DNA of 64,000 nt from NCBI GenBank assembly GCA_902559565.1, contig CACEIH010000001.1, positions 42,730 through 106,729 on the forward strand, given 5' to 3'. Shown here one piece after another: positions 28,868 through 40,465 of this stretch. Below the pieces are notes generated by a model that worked only from the letters and a program-made list of their open reading frames with translations, was not told the origin of the DNA and searched no databases. Made by a program: the position numbers and the translations under genes. Within the stretch, counting starts at the first letter, position 1. Each line of letters starts with the position of its first letter. Origin of the DNA: an uncultured Pelagibacteraceae bacterium (lineage in GTDB: Bacteria > Pseudomonadota > Alphaproteobacteria > Pelagibacterales > Pelagibacteraceae).

Positions 28868-29830
28868 ATGAAAAAAATTTTGATAATTGGTGGTGGTGCA
28901 ATGGGATCAGCCTTTACGATCCCGTGTTTAGAAAATAAAAATGATGTAACAATTACCGAACCTTACTCAAAAAGATTTATAAAAGACTTATCCTCAAGAA
29001 GAAAGTTTCATTCAGCATTAAAGATTAAACTACCTAGAAGATTGAAATTTAGAGAATTTTCAAATGATCTATTAAATGAAAAATTCGATTTATTGGTAAT
29101 TGCTTTAAGTTTACCAGGAATTGATTTTATTGGTAAAAAATTAAAAGATAAAAAGATAAAGACACCTGTCTTAGTTCTAACTAAAGGATTAAAATATTTA
29201 ACTAAAAGCAAAAAAATTTTAACAATTTCAGAAAATCTAAGAAGAAATTCTGGTATCAAGAATGTATCAGTTTTAAAAGGTCCTTGTTTAGCAAAAGAAT
29301 TAGCCAGAAAAAACCAAACAAGCGTTGTTATTGCAAATAAAAGTATTAATTTTGCTAAAAAAATTGGAAAAAGAATTTCAACAAATTATTATCTCACAGA
29401 ATTCTCAAAAGATGTTATTGGGGTCGAGGTTTGTTCGGCTATAAAAAATATATATTCAATGATAATTGGCGCTGGTCAAAGCTTAAATGCTTCGTCAAAT
29501 TTATTTCAGAAATCAATTTTAGAAATGAAATATTTAACAAAATATTTTAAAGGCAAAGAGGAAACTACTTTAGGTCTTGCTGGAGCAGGAGACCTTTATG
29601 TTAGTGCGGCTGGTGGGAGAAATAGTAAAATGGGAGGCTATCTCGGTATGGGATATACATTCAAAACTGCCAAAAAAAAATTTATGCCAAATGATACTGT
29701 AGAGGGAGAGCAATTAGCAAGAGAGATTGCACCTTTTGTTCTTAAGAAAATAAATAAAAGTAAGATACCTTTGATGGTTAATTTAATAAGAACTATTCAG
29801 AGTAATAAAAAACTAAAAATTAAAGTTTAG
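28868..29830 (+). CDS. NAD(P)H-dependent glycerol-3-phosphate dehydrogenase-like protein (divergent GpsA family)
   Basis: GGGAMG, LTKG, GPCLAKE, AIKNIY (catalytic Lys), GAGDL...GRN, TVEG. Confidence 0.75.
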   Translation: MKKILIIGGGAMGSAFTIPCLENKNDVTITEPYSKRFIKDLSSRRKFHSALKIKLPRRLKFREFSNDLLNEKFDLLVIALSLPGIDFIGKKLKDKKIKTPVLVLTKGLKYLTKSKKILTISENLRRNSGIKNVSVLKGPCLAKELARKNQTSVVIANKSINFAKKIGKRISTNYYLTEFSKDVIGVEVCSAIKNIYSMIIGAGQSLNASSNLFQKSILEMKYLTKYFKGKEETTLGLAGAGDLYVSAAGGRNSKMGGYLGMGYTFKTAKKKFMPNDTVEGEQLAREIAPFVLKKINKSKIPLMVNLIRTIQSNKKLKIKV

Positions 29831-31509
29831 AATAAACCTTCAATTTCACCTTTATTATTTAATTTAATTGAGTCAGCTGCTGGTACTCTAGGCAAACCAG
29901 GCATAGTCATTATTTCACCGCAAACAACTACAATAAACTCTGCACCTGATGATAGTCTAACTTCCCTCACCGGCAATACATGACCAGTAGGTGCACCTTT
30001 TAAATTTGGATCTGTTGAAAAACTATATTGAGTTTTTGCTATACAAACTGGAAGTTTACCATAACCTTTTTCCTCAAAATCTTTTAATTGTTGTCTTACC
30101 TTTGTATCAGCAACAACTTCACTTGCATGGTAAATCTCTTGTGCAATTTTCTCAATTTTTTTAAACAATGGAAGACTATCTTCGTATAAATATTTAAATG
30201 TATTTTTTTTATCTTCACATATTTCAGCAACATTTTTTGCTAATTCTTTAGTACCTTCACTTCCATTTGACCAGTGAGTACATTTTGATGCTTTAACTCC
30301 TTGAGTTTTGCAAAAATCAAGTAAAACTTTCATTTCTTCTTCAGTGTCAGTTATAAAATGATTTACAGCAATAGTAACTGGCAAACCAAACTTTCTAGTG
30401 TTATTTATATGTCTTTCTAAATTTACCAATCCTTTTTTAAGAGCATTTACATCCTCTTTTTTTAATTCATCTTTTGATAAACCACCGTGCATTTTCAAAG
30501 CTCTGATAGTAGCTACGATTACTACACAATCTGGTTTAATTCCTGATTTTCTACATTTTATATCTAAAAATTTTTCAGCCCCAAGATCTGCACCAAAACC
30601 AGCCTCTGTTACAACATAATCAGCTAACTTTAGACCTGCTTTGGTAGCAATTACAGAATTACATCCATGTGCAATATTTGCAAATGGTCCACCATGAATA
30701 ATTGCAGGATTATTTTCTAAAGTTTGAGTTACATTTGGTCTAATTGCTTCTTTTAAAAGAACAGTCATTGGACCTTGAGCATTTAAATCTTTTGCATAAA
30801 TTGCTTTCTTATCTCTTGTATATGCAATTGTGATATTCCCAATTCTATTTTCTAAATCTTTTAAATCAGTTGCTAAACAAAAGATTGCCATGATTTCAGA
30901 TGCTACTGTAATATCAAAACCATCTTGTCTTGGGTATCCATTAGCAACTCCTCCGAGATCAACCACTATGGATCTTAAAGATCGATCATTCATATCCATA
31001 ACTCTTTTCCAAACAACTCTTCTAACATCAATGTTAAGTTTATTACCCCAGTAAATGTGATTATCAATTAATGCAGATAAAAGATTGTGAGCAGAAGTTA
31101 TTGCATGAAAATCTCCTGTAAAATGTAAATTTATTTGTTCCATTGGTACTACTTGAGCATAGCCGCCCCCAGCAGCCCCACCTTTCATACCAAATGATGG
31201 TCCAAGACTTGGTTCTCGTAAACAAACAATAGATTTTTTTCCTATTTTATTTAATCCATCATTTAATCCAACTGAGGTTGTAGTTTTACCTTCTCCAGCA
31301 GGAGTTGGTGTAATGGCAGTTACTAAAATTAAGTTTCCATCTTTTTTTTTTAAGGTGTTTAGATATTCTAAATTTATTTTGGCTATATGTCTGCCCATTG
31401 GACTAAATGCTGAACTTTCGTCTGGCACATTAATCTTAGCCAATATATCTTTGATTGGCTGCATTTTTGCTTCTCTTGCTATTTGGATATCCGACTTTAC
31501 TTCACTCAT
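29827..31509 (-). CDS. fhs: Formate-tetrahydrofolate ligase
   Basis: [55 protein letters not shown]. Confidence 0.97.
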   Translation of the reverse strand: MSEVKSDIQIAREAKMQPIKDILAKINVPDESSAFSPMGRHIAKINLEYLNTLKKKDGNLILVTAITPTPAGEGKTTTSVGLNDGLNKIGKKSIVCLREPSLGPSFGMKGGAAGGGYAQVVPMEQINLHFTGDFHAITSAHNLLSALIDNHIYWGNKLNIDVRRVVWKRVMDMNDRSLRSIVVDLGGVANGYPRQDGFDITVASEIMAIFCLATDLKDLENRIGNITIAYTRDKKAIYAKDLNAQGPMTVLLKEAIRPNVTQTLENNPAIIHGGPFANIAHGCNSVIATKAGLKLADYVVTEAGFGADLGAEKFLDIKCRKSGIKPDCVVIVATIRALKMHGGLSKDELKKEDVNALKKGLVNLERHINNTRKFGLPVTIAVNHFITDTEEEMKVLLDFCKTQGVKASKCTHWSNGSEGTKELAKNVAEICEDKKNTFKYLYEDSLPLFKKIEKIAQEIYHASEVVADTKVRQQLKDFEEKGYGKLPVCIAKTQYSFSTDPNLKGAPTGHVLPVREVRLSSGAEFIVVVCGEIMTMPGLPRVPAADSIKLNNKGEIEGLF

Positions 31510-31637
31510 TAAAATTTCTCTGTAAAATATAAAAAAATTGGTTGATTAGTATCTCTTTTTAGAGGCTTTGGAAATATCTAAAAATTATATATAAAAAAAA
31601 TATGAACTATTTATATTCTTTATTATAAAATTTACAT

Positions 31638-32894
31638 ATGCAAAAATACTCAATATTTAGTCTAGTTAAAAATGCATTTTCCAATCATGAAAACTGGGAT
31701 TTGGCTTGGAAAGACCCAACTCCAAAGAGTGAATATGATGTAGTTATTATTGGAGGCGGAGGTCATGGCTTGGCAACTGCCTATTATCTTGCAAAAGAGC
31801 ACAACATTACGAATGTTGCTATCATAGAAAAAGGTTGGATCGGTGGTGGAAATGTTGGTCGTAATACTACAATAATCAGGTCAAATTATATGCATGATGA
31901 CAATGCATTGTTCAGTGAATTTGGAATGGATCTTTGGAGAAAGATGAGCCAAGATTTGAATTATAACGTTATGTTTTCCCCAAGAGGAATTATTAATCTT
32001 GCTCATTCTGACGCTCAAATGAATGTTTATGCAAGAAGAGGAAATTCAATGCGCTTAAATGGAATTGATGCAGTCCTTTTAAATAGAGAACAAGTAAAAG
32101 AAATTATTCCTATGGCAGACTTTTCTGAAAACGTAAGATTTCCAATTTTTGGTGGACTTATGCAGCCAAGCGCTGGTACAGCAAGACATGATGCTGTAGC
32201 GTGGGGTTATGCTCGTCAGGCAGACTCGATGGGTGTTGATATAATCCAAAATTGTGAGGTAATTGGGTTCGATGTTTCAGGTGGAAAAATTCAGGGAGTA
32301 AGAACATCACGTGGAAATATTAAAGCAAAAAAAATTGGATTATGCGTTGCAGGAAGCACAAATATTTTAGCTGAAAAATTAAATATGACATTACCTATTG
32401 AAACTCATCTTTTACAAGCATGTGTTTCTGAACCAGTAAAACCAGTTTTGGATAAAGTAGTTACTTTTGGTGCTGGACATTTTTATATTAGTCAATCAGA
32501 TAAAGGCGAAATGGTTATGGGCGGTGATTTAGATGGTTATAATAGTTATGCACAAAGAGGAAATCTTCCAACGCTTCAACATGTTTTAACAGAGGGAATT
32601 GCCATGATGCCATTTTTAAGTAAATTAAAAATGCTAAGAACTTGGGGTGGAATAATGGATATGTCTATGGATGGTTCACCAATCATAGATAAAACTCATA
32701 TAGAAGGATTATATTTAAATTGTGGTTGGTGTTACGGTGGCTTTAAAGCAACACCAGCATCTGGATGGACTTTTGCTCATACCATTGCCCAAGATAGAGT
32801 TCATGAATTAAATGCAGGGTATAATTTAAATAGATTTAATACAGGTCACTTGTTAGATGAAAAGGGACTTGGTACAAAAACTTGGATTTCATAA
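31638..32894 (+). CDS. soxB: Heterotetrameric sarcosine oxidase beta subunit (or MgdA)
   Basis: GGGGHGLATAYYLA, GGGNVGRNTTIIRSNY, ARHDAVAWGYA, GGFKATP. Confidence 0.9.
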   Translation: MQKYSIFSLVKNAFSNHENWDLAWKDPTPKSEYDVVIIGGGGHGLATAYYLAKEHNITNVAIIEKGWIGGGNVGRNTTIIRSNYMHDDNALFSEFGMDLWRKMSQDLNYNVMFSPRGIINLAHSDAQMNVYARRGNSMRLNGIDAVLLNREQVKEIIPMADFSENVRFPIFGGLMQPSAGTARHDAVAWGYARQADSMGVDIIQNCEVIGFDVSGGKIQGVRTSRGNIKAKKIGLCVAGSTNILAEKLNMTLPIETHLLQACVSEPVKPVLDKVVTFGAGHFYISQSDKGEMVMGGDLDGYNSYAQRGNLPTLQHVLTEGIAMMPFLSKLKMLRTWGGIMDMSMDGSPIIDKTHIEGLYLNCGWCYGGFKATPASGWTFAHTIAQDRVHELNAGYNLNRFNTGHLLDEKGLGTKTWIS

Positions 32895-33164
32895 ATGCTT
32901 CATATCAAATGTCCACATTGTGGAATGAGATCTCAAAATGAATTTTCTTATGGTGGTGATGCAAGCGTAAAAAGACCAGAGTTAGGTAAAGAAATCTCAG
33001 ATGAAGAGTGGAATAATTTTGTATACAACAGAAAAAGTCTAAGAGGAAAACATTGGGAGCTTTGGCAACATTTATCAGGATGTAGACAATGGATAAAAGT
33101 TGAAAGAGATACTGCAACTCACGAAATTTTTAAAACACTTAAAGCTAATGAGGAAATTTCATAA
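32895..33164 (+). CDS. soxD: Sarcosine oxidase delta subunit (or MgdB)
   Basis: CPHCG.R...EF.YGG, WQH..GC..W...RDT.TH Zn site. Confidence 0.92.
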   Translation: MLHIKCPHCGMRSQNEFSYGGDASVKRPELGKEISDEEWNNFVYNRKSLRGKHWELWQHLSGCRQWIKVERDTATHEIFKTLKANEEIS

Positions 33165-36160
33165 TGCCACAAAGTTTTAGATTAGAAAATATTGGACTGA
33201 TTAACAGAAATAAAAAACTTTCATTTAAATTTAATGGCAAAACTTATTTTGGATATGAAGGAGATACTCTAGCCTCAGCTTTAATTGCAAATGGCGTTCA
33301 TTTAATTGGAAGAAGTTTTAAATATCATAGACCTAGAGGTTTTTTTGGAGCAGGGGTAGATGAACCTTATGCAATAGTTCAATTGTACAGGAATGGTGAA
33401 ACCGAACCGAACATAAAAGCTACAGAACAGGAGCTTTTTGAGGGATTAGAGGCAAAAAGTGTAAATTGTTGGCCTAGTGTAAATTTCGATGTAGGAGCAA
33501 TAAACAATTTTTTAAAGATTTTTTTACCTGCTGGATTTTATTACAAAACTTTTATGTGGCCTAAAAGTTTTTGGTATAAAATTTATGAGCCATTTATTCG
33601 AAAAGCAGCAGGTCTTGGGGTTGCATCTATTGAGCATGACAAAGAAAGATACGAACACAAGTATGAATATTGTGATTTATTAATTGCAGGTTCAGGTCCT
33701 TCAGGTTTAGCAAGCGCTTATGCTGCAGCAAAGAATGGAGCAAGAGTGATTCTGGCTGAAGACAAATCTAGATTTGGTGGAACATTACTGACAAGCGAAG
33801 TGAATATCGGAAATAAATCTGGCAAAGAATGGGCTGATGGAATTATCAGTGAACTAAAAGAAATGCCAAACGTAACTGTTAAAAATAGATCGCAGGTTTT
33901 TGGTTATTATGATCACAACATGTTGGTAATGTCAGAAAGAATTAGTGATCATTTACCAGAAACAAAAAAATTTCATCCAAAACAAAGACTTTGGTATATC
34001 AGAGCTAAGGAAGTTTTAATTTCATCAGGTTCAATTGAAAGACCAATAGTTTTTGGCAATAATGATACCCCAGGTGTAATGCTATCTTCAGCGGCAAAAG
34101 AATATTTAAAAGTTTATGGAGTATTAGTTGGAAAAAATCCTTTAATATTTACTAATAATGACAGTGGTTATGAAACTGCCATTGAATTTAAAAAAAACGG
34201 GATAGAGTCAGTTATTCTAGACACAAGAAAAAATCCTCAATCTGAAATTGTTGAAGAAGCAAAAAATTTAGGTATTAAGATTAAGTTTTCTTATGTAGTA
34301 GTAGCTGCTCAGGGTTATAAAAAAGTCAAATCAGCTGATATAGCAAAAATTTCAGATGATAAAGAACAACTTGGAGTAATAGAAAATATCAAATGTGATT
34401 GTATATGTGTTTCTGGTTTTTGGACACCCACTATTCATTTAGCTTCACAATCAGGAAATAAAACAAAGTTTAATGAAGATATTGATGCATTTGTTCCAGG
34501 AGTTTCAAAACAAAATGAAAAAACATTGGGAGCTGCAAACGGAGTTTACACTTTAGATGAAACTTTAAAAAGTTCATTAGAAATTGGTCATAAATTATCA
34601 AAAAAAATTACTAAAAGTGATAATAAGATTTCTTTTCCAAATGTTGTTGAAAAAAAATCAACTGTTCATGACAAATTTTGGTGTGTACCATTACCAAAAG
34701 GAAAAAGTTACAAACGATTTTTAGATTTTCAAAATGATGTTGCAGTATCTGATGTTGAGATAGCTCTTAAAGAAGGCTATAGATCAATTGAACATGTAAA
34801 AAGATATACCACTCTTGGTATGGCAACAGACCAGGGTAAAACAAGTAACCTTAATGGTTTGCAATTAGTATCTAAAATTGAGAATAAAGTAGTACCAAAT
34901 GTTGGCCATACTACTTTTAGACCTCCATATACACCAGTCTCGATAGGCGCGATTGTTGGTAGGGAGGTTGGAAAACATTCAAAGCCAACAAGAAAATCTC
35001 CAATGCATTTATGGCATGAAAAAAATAACGCTATATTTGTTGATGCAGGAGTTTGGTTAAGACCAAGATATTACAAACAAGGAAATGAAAATTTATTTGA
35101 GGCATCAAAAAGAGAAGCAAAGAATGTGAGAACAAATGTAGGAGTTTGTGATGTAACAACATTAGGTAAAATAGATATTAAAGGTCCGGATGCAGCAGAA
35201 TTACTAAATAGAGTATACACAAACGCATGGTTAAAGTTACCGGTGGGAAAAGCAAGGTATGGAGTGATGTTACGAGAGGATGGTATAGTTATGGATGATG
35301 GAACAACAACTAGAATTTCTGAAAATCATTATCATATGACAACAACCACTGCCCAAGCAGCTAATGTTCTATCGCATTTAGAATATTATTTACAATTAGT
35401 ATGGCCAGAACTAAATGTAAATGTTGTTTCAACCACAGAACAATGGGCTGGTGCTGCAATAGCTGGACCAAAATCAAGAGATTTACTACAAAAATTATTT
35501 CCAAATAATGATGTTTCTAAGGAGGGATTACCTTTTATGGGCTTTATGGAAGGAGATTTATTTGGAGTAAAAGCTAGAATTTTTAGAATTTCATTTTCAG
35601 GTGAACTTGCTTACGAAGTTAATGTTGAGTCAGATAATGGTAACTTTATGTGGGAAAAAATCATGGAACTTGGTCAAGAATTTAAAATCCAACCATATGG
35701 AACAGAGGCATTATCAACTCTTAGAATAGAAATGGGTCACGTAGCAGGATCTGAACTCGATGGAAGAACAATACCTTATGATAATTCTCTTGAAGGGTTG
35801 TTAAGTAAAAAGAAAGATTTTATTGGAAAACGATCTTTAACTAGAGCAGCATTCACAGCTATAGATAGACAAAAAGTTGTTGGTGTCGTTCCTTTAGATA
35901 AAAAAACAAGTATTCCTGAAGGATCTCATTTAGTGAAAGATTCCAACGCGCCGTTACCAAATCCAAAATTAGGTTATATTTCAGCTTCTTGTTGGAGTGT
36001 TGAATATGATAATCCATTTTCTTTAGCGATACTTAAAGATGGAAAGAATATGATTGGTGAAAAATTATTCGTAATGTCTCCACTTAAAAATAAAGTAATT
36101 CCTGTCGAGATAGTTTCCTCACACTATGTTGATCCAAAAGGTGAAAGGGTAAGATCATGA
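33164..36160 (+). CDS. soxA: Sarcosine oxidase alpha subunit (or MgdC)
   Basis: [42 protein letters not shown]-terminal GcvT domain. Confidence 0.92.
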   Translation: MPQSFRLENIGLINRNKKLSFKFNGKTYFGYEGDTLASALIANGVHLIGRSFKYHRPRGFFGAGVDEPYAIVQLYRNGETEPNIKATEQELFEGLEAKSVNCWPSVNFDVGAINNFLKIFLPAGFYYKTFMWPKSFWYKIYEPFIRKAAGLGVASIEHDKERYEHKYEYCDLLIAGSGPSGLASAYAAAKNGARVILAEDKSRFGGTLLTSEVNIGNKSGKEWADGIISELKEMPNVTVKNRSQVFGYYDHNMLVMSERISDHLPETKKFHPKQRLWYIRAKEVLISSGSIERPIVFGNNDTPGVMLSSAAKEYLKVYGVLVGKNPLIFTNNDSGYETAIEFKKNGIESVILDTRKNPQSEIVEEAKNLGIKIKFSYVVVAAQGYKKVKSADIAKISDDKEQLGVIENIKCDCICVSGFWTPTIHLASQSGNKTKFNEDIDAFVPGVSKQNEKTLGAANGVYTLDETLKSSLEIGHKLSKKITKSDNKISFPNVVEKKSTVHDKFWCVPLPKGKSYKRFLDFQNDVAVSDVEIALKEGYRSIEHVKRYTTLGMATDQGKTSNLNGLQLVSKIENKVVPNVGHTTFRPPYTPVSIGAIVGREVGKHSKPTRKSPMHLWHEKNNAIFVDAGVWLRPRYYKQGNENLFEASKREAKNVRTNVGVCDVTTLGKIDIKGPDAAELLNRVYTNAWLKLPVGKARYGVMLREDGIVMDDGTTTRISENHYHMTTTTAQAANVLSHLEYYLQLVWPELNVNVVSTTEQWAGAAIAGPKSRDLLQKLFPNNDVSKEGLPFMGFMEGDLFGVKARIFRISFSGELAYEVNVESDNGNFMWEKIMELGQEFKIQPYGTEALSTLRIEMGHVAGSELDGRTIPYDNSLEGLLSKKKDFIGKRSLTRAAFTAIDRQKVVGVVPLDKKTSIPEGSHLVKDSNAPLPNPKLGYISASCWSVEYDNPFSLAILKDGKNMIGEKLFVMSPLKNKVIPVEIVSSHYVDPKGERVRS

Positions 36161-36744
36161 GTTCCATTTCAGCTTTAGCAAATGTTCATTCATTAGGCCA
36201 ATTTGGTGATCATGAGGGTAAAAATGAAAATGATCTCTTAAAGATTTCAGAAATAAAAAATTTATTAATAATTCAAATAGTTCATTATAAAAATTCTAAA
36301 GTTTCAATTGAGAGTATAAATATCGATAATTTAAAACTAAAAGATGAACCATTAAGTGTAGTTAGCAATAATGATACAAGAATATTATGGAATGGACCAA
36401 AGAATTGGCTTTTGGTTTCAACAAAAAAAGATCTTCTTAAAAATATCTTGCAAAATTTAAAAGAAACGGATTTTGCTGTAACTGATTTATCTCATTCAAA
36501 AGCTATAATTGAAATCGAAGGAAAAGATGTAAAAGAAGTTTTAAAGAAAGGCTGTCCTTTTAATTTCAATACTCTAGAAAAAAATAATTCAATAAATTCT
36601 ACTTACAACGGAATTGCTTTTACTGTAGATATGATTGAAAATAATCCTTATAGAGCAAGATTGTTTGCTTTAAGAAGCTTTGGTGAGTCATTGTATCACT
36701 CCATTACAGATGCATCTTTAGAATTTGGTTTTAAATCAATTTGA
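36157..36744 (+). CDS. soxG: Sarcosine oxidase gamma subunit (or MgdD)
   Basis: [28 protein letters not shown]; position after soxA. Confidence 0.85.
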   Translation: MSSISALANVHSLGQFGDHEGKNENDLLKISEIKNLLIIQIVHYKNSKVSIESINIDNLKLKDEPLSVVSNNDTRILWNGPKNWLLVSTKKDLLKNILQNLKETDFAVTDLSHSKAIIEIEGKDVKEVLKKGCPFNFNTLEKNNSINSTYNGIAFTVDMIENNPYRARLFALRSFGESLYHSITDASLEFGFKSI

Positions 36745-36750
36745 AAATTC

Positions 36751-37599
36751 TTAATCTCGTGTAGCAATATAAACTCCTATTGAAGCAATCATAAAACCTA
36801 AAAGATCTAAATTTGTTAAACTTTCATTTAAAAAAAGCCAAGCCATAAAAGCAGATGTAGCTGGAATAAGAAAAAAAATAGAAACGGTTTTACTTGCAGA
36901 ATTTTTTTTTATTAAAAACATCAGTATTGTAAAAGCTCCAAATGATACTAAAAATATTTGATGACTCATAGCAATAAAGAAAGTTTTAGTGAAATCAATA
37001 TATGGATCAGTGAAGAATATTGTCACCACCACATGAAACAAACAACCACCGACAGCTTGATAAAAATTACTTACTGGTAAAGATAAATTATTACTTAATT
37101 TTTTTTGCCAAATGGTTGATGTTGTAATAGCAATTAATGCTACAATTGTTGCTAGCAATCCTAAAAAAGGGATTTTTAAACCCACATCTAAACCTAAAAC
37201 TAATGCTGCACCCATAAAACCGAGTAAAGCCCCAATCCATTGTTTTGTATTTACTTTTTCATTTAGTATTGGTCCACTTAATACGTTAGTTAAAATAGGC
37301 TGCAATGTAACTATTAAAGCAGCAATGCCGGTTGGCATGCCAATTGAGATAGAATAAAATACTCCACCTAGATAAAAACCATGAAAAAGAACTCCACTTA
37401 AAACAGATTCAATTAAATTTTTTTGCTTAATAATAATTGAATGATTTAAATAAAGTGAAAATAAATAAAATCCTAATGCTACAAAAAAAAATCTAAATGC
37501 TAAAGCTGCAAAAGGATCACTATTATCTACTATTGGCTTTGTAGTTATGAAAGCTGAAGACCAAAGTAGTATAAATATGAGTGGAAAAATTCTGACCAT
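36751..37599 (-). CDS. DMT/EamA family transporter
   Basis: LLWSSAF, LAFRF, IVTLQPILT; 10 TM segments in a duplicated domain. Confidence 0.88.
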   Translation of the reverse strand: MVRIFPLIFILLWSSAFITTKPIVDNSDPFAALAFRFFFVALGFYLFSLYLNHSIIIKQKNLIESVLSGVLFHGFYLGGVFYSISIGMPTGIAALIVTLQPILTNVLSGPILNEKVNTKQWIGALLGFMGAALVLGLDVGLKIPFLGLLATIVALIAITTSTIWQKKLSNNLSLPVSNFYQAVGGCLFHVVVTIFFTDPYIDFTKTFFIAMSHQIFLVSFGAFTILMFLIKKNSASKTVSIFFLIPATSAFMAWLFLNESLTNLDLLGFMIASIGVYIATRD

Positions 37600-37715
37600 T
37601 TCAGGTTTTATAAAAATTTTATTCTTACATTAGAAGGCTAAATTTAGTTTAATTTATTGAATAAAATAAGCTATTAAATTCTAGCTTGAGTTGTATTTTT
37701 ATAAGTATAGGGTAA

Positions 37716-38036
37716 TTGTTAATGAAGGGTAAAAAAATATTTTTAGGATTATTTATTTTAAGTTTTTTGAGTGCTTGCACTTCTCCAACAGCCATGTTGG
37801 GACCAGCATATACCTTATCAACCACTGGAAATGTTTTTCAAGCAAGTCTATCCTATGGATCAAATCAAATGATCACAGCTTATACTGGGAAAACTCCATT
37901 AGAAAATATTAAGGAAATTACATTAAACGATCAAAAAAATATTCAAAAAGAAACCTTAGAGAGTGAAGAGTTTCATATTTTAGTCAAAAAAAATATTGAA
38001 AGTACCAATAAGATTTTAGGTCCGATCAATCAATAA
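37716..38036 (+). CDS. Hypothetical lipoprotein
   Basis: Lipobox LSAC; start may be ATG 37722. Confidence 0.65.
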   Translation: MLMKGKKIFLGLFILSFLSACTSPTAMLGPAYTLSTTGNVFQASLSYGSNQMITAYTGKTPLENIKEITLNDQKNIQKETLESEEFHILVKKNIESTNKILGPINQ

Positions 38037-38463
38037 TATCTAAAATTATCAAATTTGGCTGTTTAGTTTCCTTACACCATAATTCGTAGCTTTCACACAT
38101 CCTCCATAAATGATCAAATGCGCGTTGTGAAATTTCAAGTGGAAAATGACTTTTTGCGTAATATAAATTAGGAAATTGAATCAATTGTTTAATCATCATA
38201 TCTTTTTGAACTTTCAGCAAATTTAATGTTTCTTCAGGAATTTTTTCTTTAGTTTCTGGATCAACAAAATCATTTTTTGATAATTCTTTGAACCAATTAT
38301 CATGAAACTTACCACTACTTATTTCTTGATAAACCTCTGAACCAATAAAATTTTCAACTGCATCAATATTTGAAAAATTTAAATTTTTTTTTTTGATTTC
38401 ACAGATATTTAAATAAATAACTTCAGCAACAAATAGAATATAAGGTTTTTTTTTTGATTTCAT
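38026..38463 (-). CDS. Hypothetical protein
   Basis: 145-aa ORF 3 nt downstream of the racemase gene. Confidence 0.65.
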   Translation of the reverse strand: MKSKKKPYILFVAEVIYLNICEIKKKNLNFSNIDAVENFIGSEVYQEISSGKFHDNWFKELSKNDFVDPETKEKIPEETLNLLKVQKDMMIKQLIQFPNLYYAKSHFPLEISQRAFDHLWRMCESYELWCKETKQPNLIILDIID

Positions 38464-38466
38464 CTA

Positions 38467-39213
38467 TTATCTTTTATATTTTTTCATAGCTGCATGAGCT
38501 AATATAAGATTTGGATCTAGAAATATTTTTGATGTCTTAATTTGTTTAAAAGATTTATAAGCAAAAATTGCTATTGGTAATTCAGTGCAACCCAAGATAA
38601 TTTTTTTACATTTTTTTTTGATTAAATCATTTATCGCTGGTCTTATAATTTTATTTGCTGCTTTGACATTTCCCATTTTAACTAATTTGATAGCTTTATT
38701 AACAGAATTTTTTTGAAAATTTTTATTAGGATATATTAATTTATATTTCTTATCAAAAAACCTGTTATATACTCCAGTATTTAGTGTTCCTTCTGTTGCA
38801 AGCAAACCTATAGATGATTTTTCTTTACAATTTTTTTTTGTAAATTTAAAAACTTCTTCTGGCATATTAATTATTGGCAAATTAATTTTTTTAGCCAAAT
38901 CGTCATACCAATAATGGGCAGTATTACATGGTATAACTATAAATTTACATTTACTTTTTTTTAAAACGCGGCAACCATTTATTAAACTTTTTAAAACTGA
39001 TAAATATTTTTTTTTACTTTTTTTGTTTATAAATCGGTTAGTTAGTTTTTTAGTTTGAACTCCAATAGACTCCGGTCGTCCAGGTATATTTGATTTATTA
39101 TAAAGTAAAAATAAGGGGTATTGCTGATCTATTTTACCTCTATATAAAATAGCAAGTTTATTACAAAAATCTAATCCTGCTTGGGTTCCCATTCCTCCTA
39201 ATATACCAATCAT
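38467..39213 (-). CDS. Aspartate/glutamate racemase family (two-Cys)
   Basis: IGILGGMG, IPCNTAH, LLATEGT, ILGCTELP. Confidence 0.9.
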   Translation of the reverse strand: MIGILGGMGTQAGLDFCNKLAILYRGKIDQQYPLFLLYNKSNIPGRPESIGVQTKKLTNRFINKKSKKKYLSVLKSLINGCRVLKKSKCKFIVIPCNTAHYWYDDLAKKINLPIINMPEEVFKFTKKNCKEKSSIGLLATEGTLNTGVYNRFFDKKYKLIYPNKNFQKNSVNKAIKLVKMGNVKAANKIIRPAINDLIKKKCKKIILGCTELPIAIFAYKSFKQIKTSKIFLDPNLILAHAAMKKYKR

Positions 39214-39219
39214 ATTGAA

Positions 39220-39573
39220 TTATCTTTTTCTTATTTGATTATTGTGTCCTCTCATAAAAGTTAAAATTAAACAACCTTTTTTTGTATAAGATGAATGAAT
39301 ACTATTAGGTTTGTAAGAAATAAAATCTCCTTTTTTAAAAATAGTTTTATCGGAGTCAATTAACTCGCCAGCTAAAATTAAAAATTCTTCATGACCTGTA
39401 TGAACATGCAGAGGGGTTTTGGTTCCTGGCTCTAATTTTGAGATATAAGTTCCAAAATTTGTTTTTTTATCAAAGCTAATTTTATGCCAAGACCAGCCTT
39501 TGATAGGTTTGCCATATTTGTTAAAGGGTTTAAATTTTAATTGATTTAACTTCGTAATTTTTCTTTTACTCAT
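39220..39573 (-). CDS. ChrR-like cupin protein
   Basis: PLHVHTGHEEFLIL.GEL.D, GDFISY.PNS.H. Confidence 0.8.
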   Translation of the reverse strand: MSKRKITKLNQLKFKPFNKYGKPIKGWSWHKISFDKKTNFGTYISKLEPGTKTPLHVHTGHEEFLILAGELIDSDKTIFKKGDFISYKPNSIHSSYTKKGCLILTFMRGHNNQIRKR

Positions 39574-39590
39574 AAAGTTAAAAGAATAGA

Positions 39591-39656
39591 TTATTGGCTA
39601 TAAAAATAAATAAATTCTTAATGAACTTTCGAATTAATTAAATTTATAGCCAATAA
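39591..39656. repeat. 14-bp perfect inverted repeat (long hairpin) downstream of the csp gene
   Basis: TTATTGGCTATAAA (39591-39604) and TTTATAGCCAATAA (39643-39656), 38-nt spacer. Confidence 0.8.
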
Positions 39657-39671
39657 GTATGATTATGAAAA

Positions 39672-39878
39672 TTATGCAGTTTTTAAGTTAACTGCTGAAG
39701 GACCTTTTGGACCATCTTCAACATCGAAAGTCAAAGCTTGACCCTCATCTAAACCGTTCATACCAGCATCTCTAACCGCTGAAACATGAACAAAAACATC
39801 TTTTTCTTTATCTTCTCTTTCAATAAAACCAAAGCCTTTGGTTGGATTGAACCACTTTACTTTTCCTTGTAGACTCAT
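39672..39878 (-). CDS. cspA: Cold-shock domain RNA-binding protein
   Basis: GKVKWFN..KGFGFI (RNP1), DVFVHVSA (RNP2), [10 protein letters not shown]; paralog name uncertain. Confidence 0.95.
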   Translation of the reverse strand: MSLQGKVKWFNPTKGFGFIEREDKEKDVFVHVSAVRDAGMNGLDEGQALTFDVEDGPKGPSAVNLKTA

Positions 39879-39991
39879 ATTTTTTCTTCTTATTATTACG
39901 TTTTATTTAATTATTACTTAAAATTAAGTAATTCGAGCTTTCTTTATAATTAATTGAGTTTTGTCAACAAAATTGATCATTATTCTGCATT

Positions 39992-40465
39992 TTATTTCAA
40001 ATTTGTGTCTATAAGCCTTGTAAAGTACATAGAGTTAATATCCTCTTTATAATGAGCAAATGGTTTACACTCTTTGAAATCACACTCTTTAAATAACTTT
40101 CTAGCAGGTTTAAAAAATTTTCCAGCACCAGTTTCAATACTCAGTCTTTTTATATCTAATTTTTTTGCTTCTTCTATCAAGTGCTTAATGATTTTTATTC
40201 CATTTCCTTTTTTTCTATAATTATCATGAACTCTTATTGATTTAAATTCTCCGTGTCCCTTTTCTAAAAATTTTAATGCTCCACAACCAATTAATTTTTT
40301 ATCTTCCCATAAGCTCCAAAATTTAATTGATGAAATTTTTAATCCATGAATATCTAAGACATGAGCGCTCCCCTCTGGAGATGCCGCTCTTAATTCAACA
40401 AAATGTTTTTTTAAGAGTTCATTTACCTCTGGGTTGTCAAAATTTCCTTCAATTAATTCTATCAT
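39992..40465 (-). CDS. GNAT N-acetyltransferase (YedL/YsnE-like)
   Basis: SPEGSAHVLD, GCGALK, GEFKS, RKKGNG, LSIETG, PFAHY. Confidence 0.85.
   Translation of the reverse strand: MIELIEGNFDNPEVNELLKKHFVELRAASPEGSAHVLDIHGLKISSIKFWSLWEDKKLIGCGALKFLEKGHGEFKSIRVHDNYRKKGNGIKIIKHLIEEAKKLDIKRLSIETGAGKFFKPARKLFKECDFKECKPFAHYKEDINSMYFTRLIDTNLK

Noticed and set aside
39220-39573. Cupin DMSP lyase (DddK/DddW)
   Set aside because: HxHxxxEE...D pattern fits ChrR-type cupins; the HxHxxxExY motif I recall for DddK is absent
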